From an uncultured Desulfobacter sp. (GTDB lineage: Bacteria > Desulfobacterota > Desulfobacteria > Desulfobacterales > Desulfobacteraceae), in the NCBI GenBank assembly GCA_963665095.1, contig OY762069.1, forward strand, positions 96,001-160,000: DNA of 64,000 bases, read 5' to 3'. Below the pieces are notes generated by a model, which saw nothing but the letters and a program-made list of their open reading frames with translations, ran no database searches and was not told the origin of the DNA. This document shows, piece after piece, positions 1-9,986 of this stretch. Position 1 is the stretch's first letter; each line of letters starts with the position of its first letter. The translations under genes and the position numbers were made by a program.

Positions 1-511
1 CCCTGATCCTTAAATATTGAAATTTGCAGCCGTCAATCTGGATCAAAGCAAATACCGGCACCGACTTGAAAGCATGCATCACCGGGACTTGCTCCTGATC
101 ATCCTCTTTTTCCAGGTAAAATTTAAGATTTTCCCTTTTGACACATCTGCGAAGTGCCGGAAGACTGATGGTTCTGCCCAGCTCTTGTTCAAGCCAATAG
201 TGATAATTTTTAATGGTCCTGGCTTTCCGGGTGATAAAAATGAACCCCTGGGATGAGGGATCACATGACGCCTTGACCATCTCAATAAACCGTTTTTTGG
301 TTTGCTCATCTATTGCCCTTGGCCGTCCGCTGCACTTGCGGCCTTCCATAATTCCTTTTTCAACCAGCAAAAGGGGTGCCGGGATAATCCCGGTTTTCCT
401 GTACTGGTCCTTGTAATATTTTTTGGATCGTCTCTTGGCAGACCCGGTTTTATTCATGACTTTTTTATGAAGCAGTAGATTAAAACGGTCATCAATGGTT
501 AGATCATCCAT
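1..511 (-). CDS. DDE-type integrase/transposase, N-terminal part (runs off the window)
   Basis: Manual translation from ATG 511: MDDLTIDDRFNLLLHKKVMNK...CSGRPRAIDE...ALIQIDGCKFQY, open to the window edge. It has a GRPR motif and an IQIDG first-Asp-like motif, and overlaps the stop of 504..1076. Confidence 0.65.
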   Translation of the reverse strand, partial: MDDLTIDDRFNLLLHKKVMNKTGSAKRRSKKYYKDQYRKTGIIPAPLLLVEKGIMEGRKCSGRPRAIDEQTKKRFIEMVKASCDPSSQGFIFITRKARTIKNYHYWLEQELGRTISLPALRRCVKRENLKFYLEKEDDQEQVPVMHAFKSVPVFALIQIDGCKFQYLRIR

Positions 512-1076
512 TATCTGCCCCTTTTGATACAATCTTTTCATATATGACCCGGTGCCATGGCAACGCTGCATGGCGGGAGGTCTTCTGCCAATGATCATGC
601 TGCGCCACACGGACCTGTTCAAGCATTGACTTTACAACAGCCATGTATTCATCGGTAATTCGATCTGTCAGATCCGGTTTATTTACCGGAACCGTTTTCC
701 GGGCCTCAATATATTTTTTGATATTTCGTGCGGCCAGTTCCATGCCGCTGTTTATAATCTCCCTCCAGATACGGTGTTGTTCTATGGAGTCCATTTGAGT
801 AAGGGGGCGGACCTGGGATTCGTTGGCAGACAACTTGTCGCCAATTAGCGACAAGTTGTAGATCGCTTCATAGGCCCTGATCAGACGGTAGGCATACGCC
901 TTGCCCATATCCCTCCGCTGCCTGGTATATGTTTCAAGTGACTCAAACAAAGCCTGTTTGTACAAACGGTTATCTCGAATTTCCTTCAAGGCCTGGCCGA
1001 TTTTGTAAAAACATTCCTGATTGCGACCAATCAGGGTTTCAAGCTTAAGCAGCGGTTCCATACTCACTGCCCTCAC
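504..1076 (-). CDS. Transposon/phage-type accessory protein (DUF3102-like N-terminus)
   Basis: FYKIGQALKEIRDNRLYK...AYRLI pattern seen in mobile-element proteins; no methyltransferase motifs visible. Confidence 0.55.
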   Translation of the reverse strand: MRAVSMEPLLKLETLIGRNQECFYKIGQALKEIRDNRLYKQALFESLETYTRQRRDMGKAYAYRLIRAYEAIYNLSLIGDKLSANESQVRPLTQMDSIEQHRIWREIINSGMELAARNIKKYIEARKTVPVNKPDLTDRITDEYMAVVKSMLEQVRVAQHDHWQKTSRHAALPWHRVIYEKIVSKGADNG

Positions 1077-1110
1077 GGCATGGGCTTGCCGACCATAGCG
1101 GCAAGGGCCG

Positions 1111-1419
1111 TCAATTTTGCTGCCTGAACCTGGGGTCGGTATTTATTTGTTTCAAAAACATGACACTGTCCTTAAATCCATAGCCCTTGATTTTCATGAC
1201 AAGGCCGATGGTATTAAAATTCTTTTCGCATCTGAAGCACCTGGCCAGGTTCGTGGCTGGATTGACAGCGGTTTGAAACTCATTGCACAAAGGGCATAGA
1301 AAACGAAAATAGCCATCCCTGATCTTGGATGGAATCTGTAAATGATCCCTGATCAGCATATCACCAGGGATATTATTTCTCAGTTCAAATAGTTGCCTGG
1401 ATAAAAATCTGTTCTTCAA
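1111..1419 (-). CDS. CHC2-type (primase-like) zinc-finger protein
   Basis: CPLC...ARCFRCEKNFNTIGLVMKIKGYGFKDSVMFL; GGAGG RBS upstream. Confidence 0.75.
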   Translation of the reverse strand: MKNRFLSRQLFELRNNIPGDMLIRDHLQIPSKIRDGYFRFLCPLCNEFQTAVNPATNLARCFRCEKNFNTIGLVMKIKGYGFKDSVMFLKQINTDPRFRQQN

Positions 1420-1493
1420 AAGACCCCTCCTTGTTTTTTTGATTTCAGGTGTCTTTTTTATATCATCGGCCAGAACCGTCTGTCAGTTGCCTC

Positions 1494-1769
1494 TTAAAAC
1501 CAATACTCGATTAGTCGATTATGCCAAAGGGATATTTTATGGAAACCCCCGGATGTTTATTGCTCCTCAGCTTCTTCAAGCTTTGTTGCCAGGCAGTTAT
1601 TTTTACAGACAGCTTTGTTTTGCCTGTTCCACTCTTCACTTCACCTCCGGTGAAGCTCATTTTGGCAAGCCGGGCTGCATGTTTTCTGCCGTCCTTTTTG
1701 CCTTACATCAGGAGTGAACCATTTACGGCAAATAGAGCAAGGACGTTTTCCTCGTGAATTTTTTGCCAT
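1494..1769 (-). pseudogene. Zinc-finger protein with premature stops
   Basis: ATG 1769: MAKNSRGKRPCSICRKWF...KTCSPACQNELHRR, then TGA at 1641-1643; the frame continues SEEWNRQNK. 3' end approximate. Confidence 0.55.
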
Positions 1770-1976
1770 TATTTCTTCTCCAAGATTTGAATCAGGGAGA
1801 TTTTATGTGTCAAATCTTGAAGGATGCAGCAGCGGGGTCTGTCGGCGGGATAGGCGGGGTATGATTTTTATTTTATTTGCGGGGCATAGCTGCGTGATGT
1901 CTGCCCGTTACATTATTTCGTCATGAATCTGCGGGGTAGGCGTTACATTATTTGAATCTTACCAGTCGTCCATACA

Positions 1977-2807
1977 TTAATTATCCACAACCCCGGAATA
2001 CATTGTATATGTAATCATCCCGGTATAGTGTTCGTTGTTCAGTATACACTTTGGTGAAACCGGATCTGATATGCGTTTGAACTTTTCCCAGGTCTCTTTG
2101 GAAACTTCTGTTTCAACCTGTGATGTCCAGAACATATTGATTATAGAGGTTAAGTCTGCTTTGTTCTGTTCAGTCAGCGGTCCCTGGATATCGGCTGTAA
2201 AAGTCCTGGCTTTAATATTGACAAAGCCTGCTTTTCGCAGCCATGCAGGGGCACACATAAAATGCAGTTTTGGGTCGGTACCCGGGTTAAAGGGCAGGGT
2301 TGCCGATTCTGCGGCATTCAATAGGGCTTCAAGATAAGGATATCCGGGAAGCAGTTTTTTGGAAGACAGAAAAAGAAGCGCCGCCATGCCCCCTTTTTTC
2401 GTAATCCTGTGCATATGTTTTAAAATTTCATGGGGCGTTTCAGCAGGACATCCTGTTCCTTTGGGTCCGGGGTACAACCCATCGCAGCACCAGACCAGGT
2501 CAAAGGTATTGTCAGGAAACTCAAGGTGGTTCATGTCGCCTGCAAGAAATCGGAATGAATCTGTTTTATTTGACTGGCAAAGTTTGCTTTCTGCATATTC
2601 AATATGCGCCCGGGAGATATCCACACCTGTGATACAGGCATCGGGATAGGCTTCCAGCATCCACTGCACATGGTTGCCGATTCCACAGGGCAAATCAAGA
2701 ATTTGGGCGCCATTTATCAGTTTCAAAGACTTAATCGCCCTGCGTATGGCCGGCCCGGTCAACCGGGCCGACATTTCCAATGCCGCTATGTATGCATTAT
2801 CATTCAT
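1977..2807 (-). CDS. Class I SAM-dependent methyltransferase
   Basis: ILDLPCGIG, GVDIS and GDMNHLEFPDNTFDLV motifs. Confidence 0.9.
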   Translation of the reverse strand: MNDNAYIAALEMSARLTGPAIRRAIKSLKLINGAQILDLPCGIGNHVQWMLEAYPDACITGVDISRAHIEYAESKLCQSNKTDSFRFLAGDMNHLEFPDNTFDLVWCCDGLYPGPKGTGCPAETPHEILKHMHRITKKGGMAALLFLSSKKLLPGYPYLEALLNAAESATLPFNPGTDPKLHFMCAPAWLRKAGFVNIKARTFTADIQGPLTEQNKADLTSIINMFWTSQVETEVSKETWEKFKRISDPVSPKCILNNEHYTGMITYTMYSGVVDN

Positions 2808-2822
2808 GGGTGATTATTTCTT

Positions 2823-4985
2823 TTAGAATCTGTAATTAAAGGTCAGGCTGATGGTCCGGGGATCTCCCACTGATCCCACCCATCCGATCGAGGTCCCGCT
2901 GTCATAGGCTTCCACAAAGTATTGCTCATCGGTCAGGTTCTGGGCTGCCAGATAAATATCCCAGGTTTCCCGTTCATATCCCAACTTCATATTGTAAAGG
3001 GCATAAGGACTCTGTTCCTGGGTATTTCCCCTGTCAAAGTAGGTGGTTCCGATATATTGCATTTCAGCCCTAGCAAACAGGCCAAACCGATTTCGATATT
3101 CCAGAAAGAGACCGGCATCATATTCCGGGATGCAGGTGACTCGATTCCCATCGTAGTTAACCAGGGTCATAGGGTCAATATATTCGCCGTACTCAGCATG
3201 GGTGTATCCGATGAAACCGTTCAGGGACAGGGTCTCGGTCAGACCATAAGATGCCTCCAGTTCAAAACCGTAAATATCGGTTTCCGTGGCATTGGCCTGG
3301 ATCACTGTCGTGGCGCTGAGCTCAACTCTGTCCTGGTAATCATCGACCTTGGTATAAAATCCGACCAGATTTACTCTCAGTTTCTGTTCGGGAAATTCCG
3401 TTTTAAGACCCAGCTCAAAAGCGGTTGAGACCTCGGGGTCGAAAGAGGCAAGTTCGGGATCATCCACTGCATAGGAATATCCTCCGGCTTTATACCCCTT
3501 TGCCACGCTTGCATATGTCATAAGGTTCTCATTGATTCGATAATCCAAAGCAAACTTGGGAAGAAGTTCGGAATCTGTTTGTTCCATATCATCCGTAAAA
3601 ATGGTTTCGCTGCCTATGCTGCGGTGCTGCCGGTCCTCCAGCGTTCTTTCGGATTGTTCAAAACGAAGGCCGGCTGTCACGCCAAGTGCGTCATTGAAAA
3701 ATCTTAAAGTAGACTGCCCAAAGACGGCCATATCCTGGGCGTCCATGGTTCCGGATGCCGCGTCCATTTCAGTATACAGCGGGACTCTGTAATAATCGGC
3801 ATAAACCTGGTCCAGGTTGTATACATATCCGCAGGTTTCAGTTGAATCACCATAATAGAGCCCTAAAAGCCATTTGAACGACTCATTTGAATCCTTGGAC
3901 TGTAGCCGAAGTTCCTGGGAGAAGCTTTCTGACTCCATTGTATTGATCCCGGCATACAAAGCGCTTGGCGAAAAATCGCCATCCAGTGCATCTTTATTTT
4001 CCATGTCCCTGTATGCCGTCACTGAAACCAGGTCAAATTGATCCCATTCATATTTTACCCGCAGGGAGGTGGCGTTGCTTTCAGAGGTGCTGTATCCCAC
4101 GTAATTTGTTGAGGTTTGAAAGTCATCCAGACCTGTTAAACCCGTGGCCGACTGAAATTGGGTCTTATCGCAGGGCAGGATTGAAAATCCGCCGTCATCA
4201 TCAAGTTCATAGATCCTGAATTTCAGGTCAAAAGACAAATTGTCACTGGGTGTAAAGAGCAAGCGCGCATTGGCCGCGGTTGTTTCCTGGTTATCGATAT
4301 CCTCGCCGTTGAACAGGTTCTCAACGTAACCGTCACGGGCGGACTTTAAGGCAGACAGCCTGAAAAAAAATTTGTTTTCCACTATGGGGGTATTTAAAGA
4401 GGCGCTGATGCGCCATGCATCATAATTTCCGACTTCGGTGCCCACACTGGCTTCAAACTCATTTCCCGGGGGTTTTGTGATAATATTGATCGCACCGCCT
4501 TCGGTGTTTTTGCCATATAAAGTACCCTGGGGACCTTTTAAAACTTCAATTCGTTCGATATCAAACAACGGGGAATTAAAGGCATATAAACCGGCATAGG
4601 AGACATCATCAATATACAGTGCCACGGCAGGCTCTCCAAAGCTTGCATTTGAAATGCCCCTTATCTTCAGCCGGCTGTAATGGCTTCTTGCCCCGGTGTA
4701 TGATGTGGACATATTGGGAACGTACTGCCATATGTCTTTTGTGGATTCAATGGAAGCATCCTCTATTGTCAGATCAGACAAAACCGTTATGGAATTGGTC
4801 ACTTTCTGAACATCTTCTTCTCTTTTCTGGGCTGTGACTGTAATCATTTCCAATGATGTTTCCCCGGATGCAGGGTCGGTTTCGGACGCTGAACAGGGCG
4901 GATGTATAGAGACCCAGAACAGACTGGTAAGAAATAAAACCACAACTGATTTAAACTTTGAGACTCGTCTTTTTTTAATGGGCAT
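2823..4985 (-). CDS. TonB-dependent receptor (FyuA-like)
   Basis: Signal peptide, ITVTAQKREE TonB box, DIERIEVLKGPQGTLYGKN plug, C-terminal YRF. Confidence 0.95.
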   Translation of the reverse strand: MPIKKRRVSKFKSVVVLFLTSLFWVSIHPPCSASETDPASGETSLEMITVTAQKREEDVQKVTNSITVLSDLTIEDASIESTKDIWQYVPNMSTSYTGARSHYSRLKIRGISNASFGEPAVALYIDDVSYAGLYAFNSPLFDIERIEVLKGPQGTLYGKNTEGGAINIITKPPGNEFEASVGTEVGNYDAWRISASLNTPIVENKFFFRLSALKSARDGYVENLFNGEDIDNQETTAANARLLFTPSDNLSFDLKFRIYELDDDGGFSILPCDKTQFQSATGLTGLDDFQTSTNYVGYSTSESNATSLRVKYEWDQFDLVSVTAYRDMENKDALDGDFSPSALYAGINTMESESFSQELRLQSKDSNESFKWLLGLYYGDSTETCGYVYNLDQVYADYYRVPLYTEMDAASGTMDAQDMAVFGQSTLRFFNDALGVTAGLRFEQSERTLEDRQHRSIGSETIFTDDMEQTDSELLPKFALDYRINENLMTYASVAKGYKAGGYSYAVDDPELASFDPEVSTAFELGLKTEFPEQKLRVNLVGFYTKVDDYQDRVELSATTVIQANATETDIYGFELEASYGLTETLSLNGFIGYTHAEYGEYIDPMTLVNYDGNRVTCIPEYDAGLFLEYRNRFGLFARAEMQYIGTTYFDRGNTQEQSPYALYNMKLGYERETWDIYLAAQNLTDEQYFVEAYDSGTSIGWVGSVGDPRTISLTFNYRF

Positions 4986-5103
4986 TATGTCGCTCCTAAT
5001 ATTATATTATTCAGCTAAATATATTTGACAACGCCATAATGTTTATCATAATCTGACCCGGCGTGTTTGTGGTGTATTAATTTTTTTTTGCTCTGGGTTC
5101 ATT

Positions 5104-6108
5104 TTGAACTATTCAGGATTGCGGCAGGGAGCCAACGATATGATTTCAATGGATATGCAAACAATCGTCAAAGGCGATTTTTCCCAATATGATGGACAAC
5201 TTCAGCCCATTGAAGTCAATCCCGACTACGGTACCGGCCACCTGACCCGGTTCGTTTCTTTTCAAAGCGGCATTTCTGTAGTCATTCAGGATTTTGTTTT
5301 GCATGGCAAAGGAAAAATCCGATTGTTCCCGATAAAAAAACAGCCGCAGCTTATCAGCTTTTTCAACGATTTATCTGGCATTGATCATTTCTCTTATACC
5401 CGGCCTCGGATTCCCTTAGGGACGGGATTTTCTACCATTAATTTCCCTGAATACGAACCCGCTCTTTATATTGACGTCAGGGCCAATATTCCTGTCCAAA
5501 CTTTTTTTGTATGCATGGAACCTGCTGTCTTTACAAGATTGACGGGAACCAGCAGCAGCGAACTGGTAGATTCTCTGGATTGTCTTGACAGGGGACTCAA
5601 CAAACAAAGCGTACTGGGGCGGGTAAAAAACATTGATTTTGCCCAGAAAACATGCGGGCATCAAGCAATGGCGGCTTTTATGGAAAATTTCGTTGATACA
5701 CTTTTTCTGGAAGCCAAAGCCCTTGAATTTGTATCATTACAGCTTAAACAATTGGCAGTCCTGACAGGCAAAGCGCCCCGACAGGAGAGGATTGAAAACC
5801 GTGCGGAAAAGATCGGCTTTGCCTGTGAGATTTTACAAAAAGAGATGGCAACCCCGCCAAGGGTGCTGGATCTTGCCCGCAGGGTAGGGCTCAACCACAA
5901 TCACCTGACCCAGGGATTCAAAGAGATGTTTGGGCTGTCCCCCTTCGAGTACCTGCGGGTCATACGCCTTGAAACGGCGCGTGAACTGATTTCAAGCCAT
6001 GAATGCAGTGTATCAGAAGCCGCTTACAATGTGGGATACGCAAGCCTGAGCCACTTCACCAAGACCTTTCGAAAAGAGTTCGGGATAAACCCCAAGGCAT
6101 GTGCATGA
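5104..6108 (+). CDS. AraC family regulator (PchR/YbtA-like)
   Basis: LFLEAKALE and VSEAAYNVGYASLSHFTKTFRKEFGINP. The true start may be ATG 5140. Confidence 0.92.
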   Translation: MNYSGLRQGANDMISMDMQTIVKGDFSQYDGQLQPIEVNPDYGTGHLTRFVSFQSGISVVIQDFVLHGKGKIRLFPIKKQPQLISFFNDLSGIDHFSYTRPRIPLGTGFSTINFPEYEPALYIDVRANIPVQTFFVCMEPAVFTRLTGTSSSELVDSLDCLDRGLNKQSVLGRVKNIDFAQKTCGHQAMAAFMENFVDTLFLEAKALEFVSLQLKQLAVLTGKAPRQERIENRAEKIGFACEILQKEMATPPRVLDLARRVGLNHNHLTQGFKEMFGLSPFEYLRVIRLETARELISSHECSVSEAAYNVGYASLSHFTKTFRKEFGINPKACA

Positions 6109-6130
6109 CAATGATAATGGCGTATCGCAT

Positions 6131-6208
6131 ATGATCATTCTTCTTAACGGGCCGTTGGGCATTGGGAAGACGACAATTACCGAGGCGCTCATGAAGCGCT
6201 ATCATTAA
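6131..6208 (+). pseudogene. P-loop kinase/ATPase N-terminal fragment
   Basis: MIILLNGPLGIGKTTITEALMKRYH then stop; Walker A only. Confidence 0.5.
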
Positions 6209-6269
6209 GAGTGTAATGCCCGGTCGCCTATTGGGTCGCCGCCAATCCTGGGCCGCTCAATGGGCTTGA

Positions 6270-6464
6270 GCCTTTGCATTCCTCCATTGGGGCTTGAAAG
6301 ATCCCTGGGCCCTTGAAACCTGGCAACCCGGCATCCGGCTTTTCGATGTCTGGGACTACACCGATTACTGTAAAAAACGCTGGGGGCTTTTCGGCGTGGT
6401 GGCAAGAGTTCCCTTTGTCCGTCCTAAGCTCTCCTGCAGGATTGTTTACCTCTCTTTCATCTAA
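6270..6464 (+). pseudogene. C-terminal fragment of an LCM/TcmP-like O-methyltransferase
   Basis: Manual translation FLHWGLKDPWALETWQPGIRLFDVWDYTDYCKKRWGLFG...RIVYLSFI*; no start codon. Confidence 0.5.
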
Positions 6465-6668
6465 ATAATTCAAATATTTCAGCCGATTTTCTTTTTTAAA
6501 GGCAGGCTTGGCCAGGTTGTGATTAACCACTTTCTTATTTTCCAAAATCTGCCCCTCCCGGGTTGAATTTTTTATGGCTTTTATTGTTGCTGTAGGCTAA
6601 CATAATAAATCTATACTGATTTATGCTGTGATGTTTCAAACACTGCTTTTTTAGGCCGGGGAACAAGA

Positions 6669-7670
6669 ATGGATATTGATTTTAAAATTGATCTGGATCA
6701 TGGAGCTCACCAGGAACACTACTGTCCGGTCCCGCAAAATAAAAGTCCATATGAAACCTGCTGGTCCCTGACCAAAGACGTTGGGTCGGGCACCATCACA
6801 AAAATCGAACCCCAACCGGGGTTTGTCATTTATGTGGCAGATTTTGAGCTTAAAAAGACCATGATCACATCTTTTGCATCAAGCGACTCCGCCGTAGGAT
6901 TCGGTTTTCTTCTGTCCGGTTCCGGGTGGGCCAGGGCTCATGCGGTACCATACCGTGGGGATTTCATGGCCGGTAAAAGCTCGGTGTTTTTCTATCCGGA
7001 CCAGTGCGGTGTTATGAAGGATATGAAAAATTCCAGACGGCGGTCCATTTCCCTTATCGTGGAGCCTGAGCGGTTCAACCGCCTGCTTAAAGGCAGTCTG
7101 GATGGCATTCCCAGGGAATTCAGGACGTTTCTGGACGGCACAAGCCGGTTGGGCGGATACAGCCTGGACCGCGGGATGACCTCCCTGATTTCCCAGGCCC
7201 TGGAACCGTTTTTTCTGTGTCCCTTTACAGGGGCTGCCCGGCTGCTTTATCTTGAAAGCAAAGCCATGGAACTGATTGCTTTAAGGCTGTCGCAACTGAC
7301 GGCAGAAACTAAAGATCAGACCAGGATCAAGGAATTAGGCGCCCTGGATATCAACAAGGTGCATCAGGCAGCTGCACAGCTTCACCTTGACCTTGAAAAT
7401 CCGCCATCCCTGTTTGAACTGGCTGCTTCCCAGGGTATCTCCCATGCCAAACTCAACCGTGGTTTCCATCAGGTTTTCGGCACCACAGTATTTGGATATC
7501 TAAGAACTATCAGGCTTTTCAAGGCAAAACAAATGTTGGAGCAAGGCCGGTTCAATGTAACGGAAACGGCCATGGCGGTTGGTTATTCATCCCTTTCCTC
7601 CTTTGCCAGGGCTTTTTACGCCCAGTACGGCATGGCACCGAACCAATGCCTGGAAAAAAGGGCTGTGTAG
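6669..7670 (+). CDS. AraC family regulator
   Basis: LYLESKAMEL and NVTETAMAVGYSSLSSFARAF. Confidence 0.93.
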   Translation: MDIDFKIDLDHGAHQEHYCPVPQNKSPYETCWSLTKDVGSGTITKIEPQPGFVIYVADFELKKTMITSFASSDSAVGFGFLLSGSGWARAHAVPYRGDFMAGKSSVFFYPDQCGVMKDMKNSRRRSISLIVEPERFNRLLKGSLDGIPREFRTFLDGTSRLGGYSLDRGMTSLISQALEPFFLCPFTGAARLLYLESKAMELIALRLSQLTAETKDQTRIKELGALDINKVHQAAAQLHLDLENPPSLFELAASQGISHAKLNRGFHQVFGTTVFGYLRTIRLFKAKQMLEQGRFNVTETAMAVGYSSLSSFARAFYAQYGMAPNQCLEKRAV

Positions 7671-7810
7671 CCCGCAACCGGCGCTAAAAAATTCACCTGT
7701 TCATTTCAGATTCAAAATAGTTCAAATGGGATTAGCCGCCCTTTTTGTTTTCATATTATAGCGTTCATGGATGAAATTACTGAACAGATCAACAAAGAGG
7801 GGAAAAAAGA

Positions 7811-9925
7811 ATGAAGAAAAGAATCACCATGATATGCAAATCGCAATTGTTGAAACTTGGAATTGTTTGGGGTGTTATGACAATTACCGCGGCTGTGTTT
7901 GCCGCTGAAGCCAAGGAGACTTCCTTGCAGGCGCAACCCCCGGCACTGGAGGAGACCGAACTTACAACCATGACCGTGACGGCCCAGAAACGCACCGAAG
8001 ATGTCCGGGATGTCCCCATCAGTATGAGTGTCTTTTCGGATATGTATATTGAAGATGCCGGCATCAAAAATCTTAAGGAGCTGACATTTTTTACCCCCAA
8101 CCTCTACAGTCAGCAGGTGGTTAATCAGAATATGCTGCTGATCAGAGGCGTCTCTTCCCACTCGGTTGCCTTGAATACCCCGGTGGGACTTTTTGTGGAT
8201 GACATCAGTTATCCGCTGACCTTCATGCAGAATCCGGACCTGATGGATATTGAACGTATTGAGGTGCTCAAAGGCCCCCAGGGAACGCTGTACGGCCGCA
8301 ATACCGAATCCGGGGCCGTTAATATCATTACAAAGCAGCCTGATAATAATATGCGCGGCAAAGTATTTATAGAACCTTCATTTTATGATGTGCCTGGCAA
8401 GGACGTATTCAGTATCAGGACCGGGGCAAGCATCAGTGGTCCGATCTTGAAAGACAAACTGTTTTTCGGTGTCTCCTATCAGTATGAAGACAGTGACGGC
8501 TACACCGAAAATATATACAACAACGATGATAAGGCAGGAAAAATCAACCATAATAACGGCCAGGCCAAAATCCGCTGGACCCCCAGTGACCCTTGGGACA
8601 TTACCATGGTGGTCAATGGCTATGAAACCGATGACGGCTACGGCTATCTTCGGTACATTGACGGGGCTGCCCAGTCCGACCGGTATACCGTTAACTGGGA
8701 TGGCAGCAACGAATGGACAGATAAAAATAACGGCCAGGCCCTTCGTGTAAACTATTCGGCAGGCAGCTACCGGTTGACCTCCATCACCACCAGAAATGAA
8801 TATTCCACCTATTTCATCAATGACGGGGAATTTGGCCCAACTGTCTATCCGGATCAGGTTTTTGACTTTGACGATACTATTTACAGCCAGGAGCTGCGGT
8901 TTTCCTCGGCAGATGAAAGCAGCCCGTTTGAATGGATTGCCGGTGTTTACGGGTTTTCAGAAGAGGTGGATGCCCTTGCGCAGTATTTTGGTGCCTCATA
9001 TATTACAAATTATGAAAGCCAGGGCTTTGCCATGTTCGGGCAGGCAACCTACACCGTTTGGGACCGTCTTCACCTGACGGCAGGACTGCGGTACGACTAC
9101 CAGGAATACGAAGGAGAGCAGGCAGCAAGCGCATATGCCGAGCCCTACAGCGCCGAATTCGACCATGGGGAGTGGCTGCCAAAAGCATCCGTCTCCTATG
9201 ATTTCAATGCGCCGGTCATGGGCTATGTTTCAGTCACCAAAGGCATGCTTGCCGGGGGATATGATTATGCCTTTGCCTCAAGTTCCGATACCCTGACCTT
9301 TGACCCGGAATTTTCCTGGAATTATGAAACCGGACTAAAAACCTCCTGGTTTGATGACCGGCTGATGATCAATGCCGCTGTCTTTTATATCGACATCAAG
9401 GACAAACAGGTACAAGAGTACATCAATGGCGGACCCTTACGGGAAATCAGCAATGCGGCAAGAGCCTCATCCAAGGGCGGTGAACTTGAAATCACGGCCC
9501 GGCCGCTTCCGGGATGGCAGATATTTGCCGGGGGCGGTTATGCTGATTCACAATTTGAAGAGTGGGTATCGGACCTGAACGGCGGCGGCACCTATGATTT
9601 TGACGGCCACCACCTGACCTATGCCCCTGAATACACTTTTAATGCCGGGATACAATACAACCATGCTTCCGGGTTTTTCGGCAGAGTGGACATGACCGGG
9701 TGCAGCAGTTTTTACACGGATGCAAAAAACACGGTGAAAGTTGACGGCCATGAAACCGTGAACCTTAAAATTGGATATGAAACCGACTCATTTCAAATCA
9801 GCCTGTGGTGTGAAAATCTCTTTGATGAAGCGTATATCGTAACCAAATCCTACTATTTTGGGGGGCATATTGCCCAGGACGGGTCCCCCAGGATCATCGG
9901 GACAACTCTTGTATACCGGTTTTAA
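7811..9925 (+). CDS. TonB-dependent receptor
   Basis: MTVTAQKR, DIERIEVLKGPQGTLYGRN, C-terminal YRF. Confidence 0.95.
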   Translation: MKKRITMICKSQLLKLGIVWGVMTITAAVFAAEAKETSLQAQPPALEETELTTMTVTAQKRTEDVRDVPISMSVFSDMYIEDAGIKNLKELTFFTPNLYSQQVVNQNMLLIRGVSSHSVALNTPVGLFVDDISYPLTFMQNPDLMDIERIEVLKGPQGTLYGRNTESGAVNIITKQPDNNMRGKVFIEPSFYDVPGKDVFSIRTGASISGPILKDKLFFGVSYQYEDSDGYTENIYNNDDKAGKINHNNGQAKIRWTPSDPWDITMVVNGYETDDGYGYLRYIDGAAQSDRYTVNWDGSNEWTDKNNGQALRVNYSAGSYRLTSITTRNEYSTYFINDGEFGPTVYPDQVFDFDDTIYSQELRFSSADESSPFEWIAGVYGFSEEVDALAQYFGASYITNYESQGFAMFGQATYTVWDRLHLTAGLRYDYQEYEGEQAASAYAEPYSAEFDHGEWLPKASVSYDFNAPVMGYVSVTKGMLAGGYDYAFASSSDTLTFDPEFSWNYETGLKTSWFDDRLMINAAVFYIDIKDKQVQEYINGGPLREISNAARASSKGGELEITARPLPGWQIFAGGGYADSQFEEWVSDLNGGGTYDFDGHHLTYAPEYTFNAGIQYNHASGFFGRVDMTGCSSFYTDAKNTVKVDGHETVNLKIGYETDSFQISLWCENLFDEAYIVTKSYYFGGHIAQDGSPRIIGTTLVYRF

Positions 9926-9986
9926 AAAGCATTGCCGGTCAAGTTTTTTAAAAACCCAACCATATAAACGTCACAAGGAAAAAACT

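Larger units (their letters stand above)
1..1963 (-). mobile_element. End of a multi-gene DDE transposon (Zn-finger gene, CHC2 gene, accessory gene, integrase)
   Basis: Co-oriented, coupled genes leading into an integrase. Repeat CGTTACATTATTT at 1906-1918 and 1941-1953 near a TG-starting end (~1963). Confidence 0.55.

Noticed and set aside
1641..1643. In-frame TGA in the Zn-finger gene as possible Sec
   Set aside because: A second stop (TAA) follows in the same frame and there is no clear SECIS-like hairpin; consistent with decay.
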